A stretch of 64,000 bases of DNA from Octopus sinensis (GCF_006345805.1 NC_043002.1:90892001-90956000); one strand, 5' to 3'; counted from the stretch's first letter, positions 1-13,450 are shown. The notes: generated by a model from the sequence alone, not told the origin. Program-made: numbers and translations.

Positions 1-411
1 AGGATAAATCCCGGCTGTTTCTTCTTGAAGCACATCTGCTTGTTCCTTTATTCTTTTCTACTCTAGGCATAAGGCCCGAAATTTGTGGGGAGGGAGCCAG
101 TCAATTAGATCGACCTCAGTACACAACTGGTACTTAATTCATCGACCCTGAAAAGGATGAAAGACAGAGTCGACCTCAGTGGAATTTGAACTCAGAAGTA
201 AAGACAGACGAAATACCGCTAAGCATTTCGTCAGTGTTCTAACGTTTTTGCCAGCTTGCCACTTTGCTTATTTCATTATTACAATCAATATGTATCCATA
301 ATTGCTGTTGTATGTTAGTCAAAGTACATATAAAAATTGAGAATTATGGAAATAATATTTGCAGAGTTATAGTATAACAAAACACCCCAAAATTTCCACT
401 TTCCTCTTTTC

Positions 412-442
<31 letters not shown>

Positions 443-1048
443 CATACATGTACACATACACATGCATGAGCACACATTTGGCTTCTATATTGTTGCTGCC
501 TATATAATTTCACTCCAACATTAATCAGCTTGAGGTTATGGTAGATGACACTTTACCCAAGTTGCTATGCAGTGGAATCAAATCAGGAATCACATGATTT
601 CAAAGTGAAACCATGCTTTTGCCTATATAACTAATGCTTTTTTGAGAATCCACACATCTCTGTGGGACAGCTGTACTTTTATTCAACAGAGCCATATTTT
701 CAAGTGAATCTTTATGAATTTTTCTCTAATATGAATACAAGGATGTAATACAACATATTAAAATCTGCCAAGTCTTAGTCGTACAGCAACAAAATGATAT
801 TATAGAGAGACTATTGATTATATCTTCTATTTTGTTGTCTAGTAAGGATTGTTTATTTCTCGGTGTAAAGTGAAAAATAATAGATACCAACTCTCAAGAT
901 AGGAGACATGATACTTGTGTAACAAGGGCTTTAACTTCCAGAGATGTTGTCACCAAACACAGCACACTCAGTACTACCAATAGGGACTTCTACACTATCA
1001 AAAGTATCAAATGTTTCAAACAAAATTCATTTCCAAAAGAAATTTATA

Positions 1049-1440
1049 TACTCTTTTAACTCTTTTACTTGTTTCAGTCATTTGACTGCAGCCATGCTGG
1101 AGCACCGCCTTTTTTAACCCCGGGACTTATTCTTTTGTAAGCCCAGTACTTATTCTATCGGTCTCTTTTGCCGAACCGCTAAGTGACGGGTACATAAACA
1201 CACCAGCATCGGTTGTCAAGCAATGCTGAGTGGCTGTGGTAAGTAGCTTGTTTACCAACCACATGGTTCCAGGTTCAGTCCCACTGCATGGCACCTTGGG
1301 CAAGTGTCTTCTGCTATAGCCTCGGGCCGACCAAAGCCTTGTGAGTGAATTTGGTAGACGGAAACTGAAAGAAGCCCGTCATATATATGTATATATATAT
1401 GCGTGTGTGTGTTTGTGTGTCTGTGTTTGTCTCCCTAGCA
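1049..1440 (-). mobile_element. SINE family A copy with inverted 5' half
   Basis: 1049-1227 is the 3' half on the minus strand and 1228-1440 is the 5' half on the plus strand. Both break at ctagca. Confidence 0.8.
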
Positions 1441-2067
1441 TATATATTTCATGATTCTCTATAAACTTTTAACCATCTTACAAATTTCAAAATAACCATG
1501 GAATTTCCACAAGTTCTGCCAGTAAATCACTATTTTATCAGCTAATTATTCTTACCTTCTTATCTTAGCATTTTCTCCTTATATTTTCTATACCTGCTTG
1601 TTGGTCTATCTCTCTTTCTTACTTCTTTCGTTTTTCTCACACTCCTTCCACTCTATTTCTTCTTCACTGTATATCAATGCATGCATATATGTCTGTCTAT
1701 ATGTTAGATCACTCCATGGCCGGTCACTCTTAGTGCTACTGGTGACATGTAACCCAGTACAACCTGGTACATGGTAGGGCTATCAGCAGCAACTAAACTA
1801 GCAACCCCATCATGCCCTTGCTGGGTAAGGAGGGTGGGTTTTCATTGGACACCCTGTGGGATGAAAAGCAAAACCAGTCAAAGGAAGGATGAACTCAGTA
1901 GAATCAACAGCCATCCTACAGCTAGGAGTGAGAGACTCCGAAGGAAATTCCAAAATAACACCTGCCTCATTACAAAGCCAAATATCTTGCTTTTGCATGT
2001 CTCTGGACTACTTGGCTCTGTAGGTGAGCATTTTAGTGGCGTTGTGCAAACTGTTACTGATTTTGAA

Positions 2068-2452
2068 GCACTCCGTCGGTTATGACGACGAGGGTTCCGG
2101 TTGATCCGATCAACGGAACAGCCTGCTCGTGAAATTAACGTGTAAGTGGCTGAGCACTCCACAGACACGTGTACCCTTAACGTAGTTCTTGGGGTTATTC
2201 AGCATGACACAGAGAGTGACAAGGCCGGCCCTTTGAAATACAGGTACAACAGAAACAGGAAGTAAGAGTGAGAGAAAGTTGTGGTGAAAGAGTACAGCAG
2301 GGATCGCCACCATTCCCTGCCGGAGCCTCGTGGAGCTTTAGGTGTTTTCGCTCAATAAACACTCACAACGCCCGGTCTGGGAATCGAAACCGCGATCCTA
2401 CGACCGCAAGTCCGCTGCCCTAACCCCTGGGCCATTGCGCCTCCTTCCATCC
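2068..2452 (-). mobile_element. SINE family C copy with 12-bp TSD
   Basis: Reverse complement of 60618-60998. ACTGATTTTGAA at 2056-2067 and 2453-2464. Confidence 0.88.
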
Positions 2453-4404
2453 ACTGATTTTGAATTTCAGCACTGGCAAAAATTTGTCAGTGATGCTCAT
2501 TTTCATCTATGAGTTGACAGCCACGTGTGTGTGTCCATCTATCTGTTAATCTATCTAACTATTTCTGTATCCACTCACCATCATCCTTTTAAGTCAGTTT
2601 TCCTTGCTTACACAGATTGGATGGGTCTCACCTTGCTCAACATCTTACCATTTGTTACAGTTTTTGTCCTCCATGAAATTTAACCTCTTGAGAACAACCT
2701 TTACCATCTCTTCCTGGTTGGCAGAGTCCTACCGTTTGGAATGTCGTTACTCAATTGTTAACTCCATAGGTGCATGGCCTAGTGGTACTTGGGAGTATTA
2801 CACTCAGGAACACAAGATTGTGTGGTTTCAATTCCTGAAGAGGGCAGTGCATTGTGTTCTTGAGCAAAACACTTCATCTCACATTGCTTTGTGATTACTT
2901 CAGCATTTAACTTGTATCACACTTTGCATCCATGTTGCACAGGTGCAATGTCAATTAGATAGAGGGGAGTAAGCTCATGTAGAATATAAACATTTGATCA
3001 CCATAAACAGATCATTAATGCAGGTTGTTCATCAAGAAACCATGGACTTGTCTGTTTTTGAACTCTGAAGACTACAAAGAGGACTCCATCTACATACATT
3101 GCCAAACCGGTTTTATACTCAGTTTTTTTTTATTCCTCAATTCATTTGTGCTCCATCATCCATACGCAATAACATTACACATCCAGTAGAGTATGCTCAC
3201 CTTGTTTACTTCCAGCCTTCACACATTTTTCTGCATTTAATGATCTTTTTTCATATCCATACAAAGCATTGCCCTCCACATCAGCATCATCCAGTCTGCC
3301 CTTCATTTAAAGAGAGAATCTTTTAATAGACGTGAATAGTTGCCTAAACTAACTCTACTCTGTTCTTATTTTAGTTATTAAGCTATGGGAACACCCATCT
3401 GTATAGGAGATTTGGTTACATAGCTAACACACACACACACACACACACACAACACACACACACACACACATACATACATACATACATACATACATACATA
3501 ATACATACATACATACATACATAATACGTACATACATACATACATACATACATACATACATACATACATACATACATACAGACAGATAGACAGACAGACA
3601 GACAAACAAGCAGAGAGATGTAGGTGGGCCAAGCAACTGAGACTAAAACAAAACAAGGAAAAACAAAATACCAAACAGAAACAATAATAATGTCATGTGA
3701 TCACATGATCATGTGACTAACCAGACTATCAGATGTCGTTACACATCGCTGGTCACAATGCGCTTTATACTATTTTAGCCGTCAAATGATGCTACCCCAC
3801 TGGCTAGGTAAGTAGGCCAACATTTCCTGCTGATTGAAAAGTGGACTGGAGCAACATGAAATGAAGTGTTTTGCTCAAGAAGCCCCAACCCCTGTGCTGG
3901 GAACTGATCCAGCTTTCAAGAGTACAACAGCCTAACCACTAGGCAACAGATCTTCACCAATAACAACATACTACCATAAAACAGCTCATACATTCAAGTA
4001 AATAGATTAAAGAAGCAGGACATTCAACAAAGGTCTTCTTTGTTCCAGTGGTGGCCTGATACAGCCACAGAAGTGATAGCATGCAACTATCAGATGACCT
4101 CTGTCTATGCCACTCTCTACGGTCAAGACAACATCTCTCAGTAATTTGATGAAGCCATGAAAGCTACCGGGCAGTTTTCTTCCAACCCCACACACCAACT
4201 ATTATATAGATGCAACAACTCAGAGGTTCAATTCAGGAAAACATAGAAGGTCACATAGTGTTGGTGGGAAAGGATCAAATAGTTACATGTTTCTTTTGTG
4301 TCTTGCTTGAGATAAACTGCTCTTTCCTCATTACATAAGATTTGTACTTCATATCTCTGTGTGTCACTTTGTTCACTTCACCACTTTGAGCTGTTTGATC
4401 ATGG

Positions 4405-4740
4405 CATTCATTGACTCACTGGCATGTTCATTGACTCACTGTGGTACTCATTGACTCATTGGGGGCATTCATTGACTCACTGGGGCATTCATTGACTCAC
4501 CAGAGTGCTCATTGACTCATTAGGGTGTTCATTGACTTACTGGGGTGTTTGTTGACTCACTGGGGCATTCATTGACTCACCAGAGTGTTCATTGACTCAT
4601 TAGGGTGTTCATTGACTTACTGGGGTGTTTGTTGACTCACTGGGGCATTCATTGACTCACCAGAGTGTTCATTGACTCATTAGGGTGTTCATTGACTTAC
4701 TGGGGTGTTTGTTGACTCACTGGGGCATTCATTGACTTGC
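4405..4740 (+). repeat. 20-bp minisatellite with 80-bp higher-order repeat
   Basis: Monomer about attgactcactggggcattc. Four-monomer block repeated at 4491, 4571 and 4651. Confidence 0.9.
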
Positions 4741-4939
4741 CTCTTGATGACATCCTAGAACTATGAGATCATCCCAGCTATCCTGACAACATCTAGCTAT
4801 TGAGAATGTTTTTCTTCTTCTTTCCATGCATGATGCAACCCTATCACAGGCCTCAGCTCTTTCTTGGGCATGAACATGAGCATGAATGTCCCAGTCATGT
4901 TCAAGAAATTGATGATCTCCAGGTCACTGTGGTTGGCAT

Positions 4940-5800
4940 GCTGCTTCATTTCCTGTGTCAGATTACAACCTGCCATATTGGTATTGTTAATATATCCGAA
5001 ATAGAACTGGAAAAGCTAAAATTTGGACCATGCTGCCATAATGTTACAGAAGATCGTTATATTGATATTGATCTTAAGAAGACATCTTTTTTTTAACGGA
5101 AATCTTTTCTTGGATTTGACCAAGTAAAATGAAAAGCTGCTGACAAAAATGATAGAAGTAATTTTGGATCAACTTGTGAAAAACGAAATACCATTATAAA
5201 ACTGTCGATCATTCTGCTATGACAACACTGCAGATACACTTGTTTATAAAAATAGTGTTCAACAGAGGATTAATGAAAAAAAACTAAGTTATTTTTGCAA
5301 ATAGCAATAATCTTTCTCTCTATTTGATTGGATTGCATGCTGGTAACCATAATATATTGATGGCAAATTTCTTTTGGAGCAATTCTGTTACTTTATTCAT
5401 TCTTTTTCTGCTGAACACTCTGTTGGCAAAAAGGAAAAGATGCCATATCAGACGTCAATGGATATCCTGGACAGAGTCTGTGAGGCTAGTTCATGAAAGC
5501 TCTAATATGATAGTGAAATTTTTGCAAAGAATGGTTGATTATGAGAATGAAACTGTTAATAAAGAGGGGACAAGGCAGGTTCTGAATCAAATTTTAGCTT
5601 TAAATTCCTTGATTTTGATTTAATTTTGGAATAAGATCTTTATTGAATGGACCATGTTCAAAAACAACTGCAAAATCAAAATCATAACAAACTTTTTGTA
5701 GTGCTACTTAACATTGAAGGCTCTTCATATTTATTATTTAAACAGTTTTAGATCCTCGACCGGTCATCAATTGAAGTTGTGTTGAAACTATGTGATAAAT
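4940..5800 (+). pseudogene. Decayed hAT (ZMYM1-like) transposase fragment
   Basis: Fragmentary translations CYDNT, LYLIGLHAG..ANFFWSNSVTLFILF and FWNKIFIE.DHVQKQLQNQN resemble hAT catalytic-core segments. Many stops and frameshifts. Confidence 0.5.
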
Positions 5801-6220
5801 AAGATATTTGAGTCATGATTATCTACATATATTGGTTTCAAATTTTGGCACAAGGCCAGCAATTTTGAGGGAGGGGGAAGATCAATTACATCAAAACCTT
5901 AGTGCTCAACTGGTACTTAGTTTATCAATCTCAAAAGATGAAAGGCAAAGTTGACCTCTGTGGAATTTGAACTCAGAATGTACAGACAGACAAAATGCTA
6001 TTTAGCATTTTTCCCAGCATGCTAACGATTCTGCCAGTTTCAAACGTCAAAAATGTCACTTTCTCTGGAACTGAAAAGATTCAACAAAAACTGCAAAACA
6101 GTTTAATATAAACAAAACAAACTGTTACAACAATAAAAGATAAGGAAAATATAAGATCCAGTATAAATACTAGATCTTTTATAAATTTAAATAAAGGAAA
6201 ATACTAGATCTTTTATAAAT

Positions 6221-6870
6221 TTAACCCTTTAGTATTCAGATGCTTCTGTCAAATGTATTCACATCATTTAAAATCAATCATGCATTATTTCAGAGCATTG
6301 AAATTCCATTGATGTGATTGCTTATTTGTAAAATGACACTGCAGGGTAGGTGCAGAAGGCCAGTTCTGACCACTTTGAAGAGAAAATAGGTGGAATATTT
6401 TGAGCCAGATATGGCTGTCTAACCGTTTCATTACTGTATTTATTTTGAGATGCTCTCTGTTTCTTTCGATTACTTTAAATATAACAAAGAATTCAGTAAA
6501 ATAACTTAGTTATCATTCAGCTAGTGTTAGGAACATAAATTGTGACTAAGGTTTGGTGGAAGATTTTAATTCAAAACTTATGAGAACAAGACATTTGCAC
6601 TCAGAGCCAAAGCTGGTTTCAGCTGGATTGGTAATGAAAGGGTTAAATGCTAAAGCAGAGCTTTTCAACCTTTTTACTGGAGCGGAACCCCAAGGAAACA
6701 TTCCACTGGCTCGAGGAACCCCTGTGCAATAATTTAATTGTCTTATTTGCACATATCTGCACAGGAGAATTAAAAATTACTGTCGTTTTTAGCATTTTTG
6801 TAACTTCTTGCGGAACCCATGGACTGTACTGGCGGAACCCTGGTTGAAAATCACTGTGCTAAAGGGTTAA
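6221..6870. mobile_element. Nested TTAA-CCC (piggyBac-like) MITEs hosting the hAT MITE
   Basis: Outer termini TTAACCCTTTAGTATT (6221) and AATGCTAAAGGGTTAA (6870). Inner element (c)TAACCGTTTCATTAC (6419) to GTAATGAAAGGGTTAA (6646). Confidence 0.65.
6656..6856. mobile_element. hAT-type MITE with 8-bp TSD
   Basis: Termini CAGAGCTTTTCAACC and GGTTGAAAATCACTG are imperfect TIRs. Identical TGCTAAAG at 6648-6655 and 6857-6864. Confidence 0.85.
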
Positions 6871-7819
6871 AACACACATCATGCAAACATAGTGACATTG
6901 TGAAAATAATTGCTAAAGTTCCATTACTTTTAGTAGAAGATAAAATGCTTGTTAACAATATACTCCTATCTTTCAATGTTTATGCAGAAAGAGTTCCTGT
7001 CTCTCTTGTAGACATCTTTGAAATGTGTATGGAGCCATCTTTTGCGTTTTCTTGCCAGAGGCCAGCTTCTCATACAGTAGGTCTTGTAGGATCCTTCTGT
7101 CTGACATTTGGTGTATGTACAAACACCCATATATGCATACACACACACACACACACACACACATGCACACACACACACACATGCACACACAATTTGGTCA
7201 GCGGTAACATAATGTTTGTATAGCAGTTGTTTAACAACAACACATAGATATAGATATCTGCCAATGAGAGACTGTCTTGGTGGTCATTTGATATGTTAGA
7301 AGTAGCAACCAACTATCTCCGAAATCACACCTTACTGTCTCAAACAAAGACAAACACATTGGCTAAAGTAGTCCTAGACACCCTTTGTCTCTATGTCCTT
7401 CAAGCTTTTATCCTGAAGTCACACATCCTTAGTCTTTGTTAAGCTGTACTATGTGTTTCTGGTAGATGACCAAGTGGCTGGTTATGTTATCAAAGTTAAT
7501 TTTACAAAAAGTCAGGTTATTTGTGTCACAGAACTTCAAGCGTCTTTATTCCTTCATCCCTTGCTCTATATCTTTAGTCTCCATGTACATTAGAGTAGCA
7601 ATCATTGTGCTACCCCAGTAAATCACCAACCATGGCAAAGAGGTCACTACCATTCATTACAGTATATGATTTCCTAGAAAAAGAATCTCATAGAAACAGA
7701 AATTTTTTGCATTTTATCCCTGATTGGAGAGCAATGTAGAGATCACTGTTTCTGTCACATTGTTAATAAGTTTAAGCTGAGATGCTTTATTATATATTCT
7801 GACCGTTTCCATCACTTTA

Positions 7820-8335
7820 TCCAATTATCTATCTATCTGTCTGTCTGTCTTCATCCAGCTAACCATCTATCTGTCAATCTATCTAAATAGACTATCTGTC
7901 TGTCTGTCCATCTGTCCATCCGTCCGTCCGTCCGTCCATCTGTCTGTCTATCTATCTAAATAGACTATCTGTCTGTCTCTGTCCATCTGTCCGTCTGTCC
8001 GTCCATCCATCCATCTATCTGTCAATCTATCTAAATAGACTATCTGTCTGTCTGTCCATCTGTCCGTCCGTCCATCCATCCGTCCGTCCATCTGTCTGTC
8101 TATCTATCTAAATAGACTATCTGTCTGTCTGTCCATCTGTCCGTCCGTCCATCCGTCCGTCCATCTGTCTGTCTATCTATCTAAATAGACTATCTGTCTG
8201 TCTGTCTGTCCACCTGTCCATCCGTCCGTCCGTCCATCCATCCATCTGTCTGTCTATCTATCTAAATAGACTATCTGTCTGTCCGTCTGTTCATCTGTCC
8301 ATCCATCCATCTGTATGTCTATCTATCTATCAATA
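7820..8335 (+). repeat. Compound tetranucleotide repeat (TCTA/TCTG/TCCA/TCCG) with recurring tctaaatagac block
   Basis: ctatctaaatagactatctgtctg recurs seven times at about 60-80 bp spacing. Confidence 0.85.
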
Positions 8336-8442
8336 TACCTCCCCACCCCACTCATCAATTTTATCAATTGACCAATTGATTGGTCATAGGTAATTCTGCC
8401 CACTTTCTGTTTTGAACTCTGCCTGTGAATGTTCTTACTACA

Positions 8443-8850
8443 GTGGCTGTGTGGTAAGTAGCTTGCTTACGAACCACATGGTTCCGGGTTCAGTTCCACT
8501 GTGTGGCACCTTGGGCAAGTGTTTTCTACTACAGCCTCGGGCCGACCAAAGCCTTGTGAGTGGATTTGGTAGACGGAAACTGAAAGAAGCCCATCGTATA
8601 TATGTATATATATATATGTATGTGTGTGTATGTGTTTGTGCGTCTGTGTTTGTCCCCCCAACATCGCTTGACAACCGATGCTGGTGTGTCTACGTCCCCG
8701 TGACTTAGCTGTTTGGCAAAAGAAACCGATAGAATAAGTACTAGGCTTACAAAGAATAAGTCCTGGGGTTGATTTGCTCGACTAAAGGCGGTGCTCCAGC
8801 ATGGCCACAGTCAAATGACTGAAAAAATGTAAAACAGTAAAAGAGTAAAT
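8443..8850 (+). mobile_element. SINE family A, full-length (tRNA-like head, internal TA/TG microsatellite, AAGAGTA-type tail)
   Basis: A-box TGGCTGTGTGG, B-box GGTTCAGTTCC. Homologous copies at about 13470-13860(-), 15945-16350(+), 22120-22550(-), 28826-29233(-), 29591-29998(-). Partial copies at 10275, 24600, 55705, 56420, 57985, 59755, 62960 and 63880. Confidence 0.85.
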
Positions 8851-8873
8851 CTTAATCACTTGTACTATATTAT

Positions 8874-8939
<66 letters not shown>

Positions 8940-8985
8940 GCGTGTGTGTGTGTGTGAGTGTGTGTATGTGTGTGTGTGTGTGTGT

Positions 8986-9297
<312 letters not shown>

Positions 9298-10429
9298 TAA
9301 ATGTACTCATTAATTTGTTAATGATTGTAATTAGTTCCCGTAAAGAACTAATTAAGTAAATAATTTGTTTAATGAAAATAGAGATCTTTAGTAATTAAGC
9401 ATTTCCTTTCAGATTCTAGAATTTCTGAGATATACAGCTAAAATACTACCAGAACTTGTATTAGAACTAGGAAATAGGTGACAAAAAATATTATATTTTT
9501 CTGACCACAATTTACAGCCAAAAATATATAGGTCAACATATACCCCAAAACAGCTTTGGAAGACCAAAAATTCCATGAGAAATGCAGCAGTATTTGGAAA
9601 GATAGAATCAATGTTTGAATATTTACACTACATGTTCACACTATACTCAATGTTGACTTGTATGCCAGGAATCACAGGCGCCAAGACTGTTGCTTTTGGA
9701 TTTCTGCTCAAAGTAGGTGTACAAGTAACTGTCACATTTCATGTCTTTTGAATTAATTCTTTTAATAGCAGCCCTCATGCAGGCATAACAGAATTTTGGT
9801 TCCCAGCAGTATACAAACACTATGACATTTCAGTCATTTTTGCCATAGCTCAATGTAAGGTATTCTCTTATTGACCGATAGTTGAATATTGAGTGTTAAC
9901 ATGTCAAAGCATCACCAGAGGCCCCACTACCACCACCCCAACCACCACCACCACTATCACCACTGCATGCATTCTTGTGAAATTTCTGTGATTTGCGTGT
10001 CATTACAACCTATATTTTCTATGGCATATTTATAGACTTAAATGCTCAAAAGCAACTTGACGGCACTCAGGATTTCATGCCGTCCTGTTCGCAAACGGTG
10101 ACCTTCAAGCATATTCTATACTTTTTCCATGCTTCAGACAGACAGTTGGAGTTGAAATGAATAACACAGGATCATTATCCAACTTACACATCAAATCACA
10201 ATTTTGTGTTCTACATAATATTGTATTATGACATAAGGCAAATTATCATGTTTTGTTTGACTTCTTTTTATAGGTACAGGTATGGCTGTATGGTAAGAAT
10301 CATGCTTCCCAACCATATGGTTCAAAGTTTAGTCCCACTGTGTGGCTCCTTTGCCAAGTGTCTTCTGCCATAGTCTTGGGCCAACAAAAGCCTTGTGAGT
10401 GGGTTTGGTTGACAGAAACTTGAAGAAAC

Positions 10430-10466
<37 letters not shown>

Positions 10467-10530
10467 TAGTAATGGTGGTAAGACAACTAAAGAAGGAAAG
10501 AGATTTCGATATTATGTAAATAGAGGAATT

Positions 10531-10758
10531 TATCTGTAATATAATATGTGACAATTATTTGGTTGCCATAATAAAACTCCGAGTTTCAGATGTCAGGGCG
10601 GAAATCTGCACTGGCATCTCTTCAGTTATTGAGGCAATTAAAATATTCTAATTACCTCGATAACTGAAGAGATGCCAGTGCAAGTTTCTACCCTGACATC
10701 CGAAACTCGGAGTTTTATTATGGCAATAGAATAATTGTCATATATTATATTACAGATA
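10531..10758. mobile_element. Foldback element (~110 bp arms) with a hammerhead-like motif in each arm
   Basis: Arms are reverse complements around aaatattc. + strand 10660-10718 reads ATAA-CTGAAGA-GATGCCAG..CTGACATC-C-GAAA-CTCGGAG-TT-TTAT. The left arm has the same motif on the minus strand. Confidence 0.7.
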
Positions 10759-11881
10759 TATCTGACTACTACCGTCGTAAAGACAACAACATGCTTATAC
10801 TGTCTCCTTCATAAGCTTGTCCTCCTAGAGTTCAGAAGAAATTTTCTATCGTCTTGGCTTAATAGTCCTCAACGTTTGTTTTTACTGTTTTGTTCTCACT
10901 GTCCTGTTCTTGTTACCACTTTCACCCTCTGCAAAATATCCCAAATTTTATTTAATTTGCTTCTCACACCTACTCTACAATGTCAATTTTAAAAAAATAA
11001 ACAATCACATCATTGGAATCACAAGATAATGCATTGATTAATTCATTATCTTGTGATAATGCATGATTAATTCAAAACAATGTGAATAAATAAGCATTTC
11101 ATTTGATAGAGTAATCTGAATGCTAAAGCGTTAAGCACAGGTGTGCTTGATCAGGCCTGACCTGGAGCTAAACAACAACCAATGCATAATTACAAATATT
11201 TTATGAAACTCCTATAAAATCTTGTTTATTTGGGAAATTTATTGAAATATGTTGGCAATCTACTCATTAGAGATATATTAATGAAATCTTAAAGACCATA
11301 ATCAATGTATGAAAAATACCATTAACCTTGTGGAATGGGCAGATGGAACAGCAATAGTTTATAGATTTCAATGACATTCATAGTCCAAATGAAGGACTGT
11401 GAATGTCAGAGGAATAACACTAAATTAATGTCTGTTTAATCAATCGTTGTACAATTAGTGATTATTGAGCACATGCAATGTCACCATATTGTTTTGTGTG
11501 TTTAATCACTTCCTTGGTTATGCAGTTAGTAATTATTGAACACACACACACACACACACACGCACACACATGCACACACACTCCCCAATCACCTTGGGCA
11601 AATGTTGACCAAAGCCTTGTGAGTGAATTTGGTAGACAAAAACTTAAAGACAGCAGTCTTCCAGATTTTGACTTATATATACATATATATACATATATAT
11701 ATATATATAGTTAAGTTCCAGATTGTCTACACCACTTGTTCAGCATTACTTGACACCTTTGGGTCTCAATGACACCATTATCTCTTAAATATATATATAT
11801 ATATATACAAAATATTCAGGGTGAATACTTGATAACTGTAAGCACCTGTATATGCCAGTTAATGGTGTAGGTAATAGGGTA

Positions 11882-12396
11882 TATTTATCAAAAGAAAAAC
11901 AGGATGCAAAGGATTTAGCGGTACATATGTTTCCGGCTTTATTGGACAGTTTATATCAATGCATAGTTGATGTAACATGTATGTCAATAGCTTTCTTCAG
12001 CCGTGCACAATTACCACACCAAAGACATGTATTACATTATAGCAAGTTTGAGAAGTTTGGGAAAAATAAGGGTTTCATTGGGGATGCAAATCCTCATAGT
12101 CGTATACAGCAGAGTGAGACATATCGAGTGAAAAACGGTATGAACGTTTTGTTTTGGGTCTCGCTCTGCTGTATACGACTATGAGGATTTGCATCCCCAA
12201 TGAAACCCGTATTTTTCCCAAACTTCTCAAACCTGCTATAATGTAATACATGTCTTTGGTGTGGTAATTGTGCGGGGCTGAAGAAGGCTATTGACATACA
12301 TGTTACATCAACTATGCATTGATATAAACTGTCCAATAAAGCCGGAAACATATGTACCGCTAAATCCTTTGCATCCTGTTTTTCTTTTGATAAATA
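11882..12396. mobile_element. Foldback element (~239 bp arms, 37 nt spacer) with a hammerhead-like motif in each arm
   Basis: 11882-12120 pairs with 12158-12396 with few mismatches. + strand 12273-12360 reads CTGAAGA-A-GGCTATTG..CAATAAAGCC-G-GAAA-CATATG-TA-CCGC, with palindromic stem III ACATATGT. Confidence 0.72.
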
Positions 12397-12457
12397 AATA
12401 TATATATATATATATAATATATATATATATATATACATACATACATATACATATATA

Positions 12458-12501
<44 letters not shown>

Positions 12502-13086
12502 CATATATGCATATATATATATATATATATATAATATATAATATATTATATATATATGTAAAGGTAAGATCCAAGGATCAAGGTGTAGGAAGTTAGTAAG
12601 CTTCAAGCAATCTGTAGAAGATATAAAAAAAAACAATTTTCAGAAGCAATAGTGGTTTAGCAGTTGTGAATTTTTTCCATATTGAAGTATGATAAACTGT
12701 AAAAAGTTAACTTTATAGTTCATGGTTAGCAACAAGGGTTGTTATATATGCAAATAAACATCACCAAAATTAGGGAACGGAGAAGATCAACTCCAGGTTA
12801 CATATGTTTTATAGCTAGCAGAACCTCAGAAGTAGTAAATTGTCCAAATGAGGAGTAGATTACAAGCAACTCTCCAGGCCAAATATTCCTTGATTATATG
12901 AAGTTTACTTTGTCATTAGGAGATCCTGTTAACTTGTTCAGGATTCGAGTGGAATCTTGGATGTTTATTTGTATATACAACAACATCAGTTTTTTTATAC
13001 ACACACACACCACACACACACACACACACACATACATATATATAGTTGAAAGTCTTTGTGAAAATTGCTTAATACAAGTTTTAAGA

Positions 13087-13378
13087 ATAAAGGGGATTTA
13101 AAAAAAAAAAAATTTTTTTAAAGAAGGTTATAAAGTCTTTTATCAGGATGGTACTTACCTTTTTTGGAAGAAGTTTTTTTCCTAGTATGCGAGCGCTTTC
13201 AATAAACCTTTTCAAACACACTTGCTCTTAGTTAACTAAGAGCACATGTATTTGAAAAGATTAATCGAAAGCGTTCACACACTAGAAAATAAAACTTCTT
13301 TCAAAAAAGGTAACATCCTGATAAAAGACTTTATAACTTTCTTTTAAAAAAATAATTTTAAAAAAAAATCTCCTTTAT
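13087..13378. mobile_element. Foldback element, spacer-less palindrome axis at 13233/13234
   Basis: Central perfect palindrome gctcttagttaactaagagc with diverged ~145 bp arms. The left arm minus strand has GAAA-GCGC-TC, a hammerhead 3' half. Confidence 0.6.
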
Positions 13379-13411
13379 ATATATACATATACACATATAT
13401 ATATATATGTA

Positions 13412-13450
<39 letters not shown>

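Noticed and set aside
11882-12396. Interpretation of the foldbacks as classical Tc1/mariner or other MITEs
   Set aside because: The families share no terminal TIR motif, the arms extend to the centre, and the internal hammerhead motifs fit PLE-derived inverted repeats better. A MITE origin is not fully excluded.
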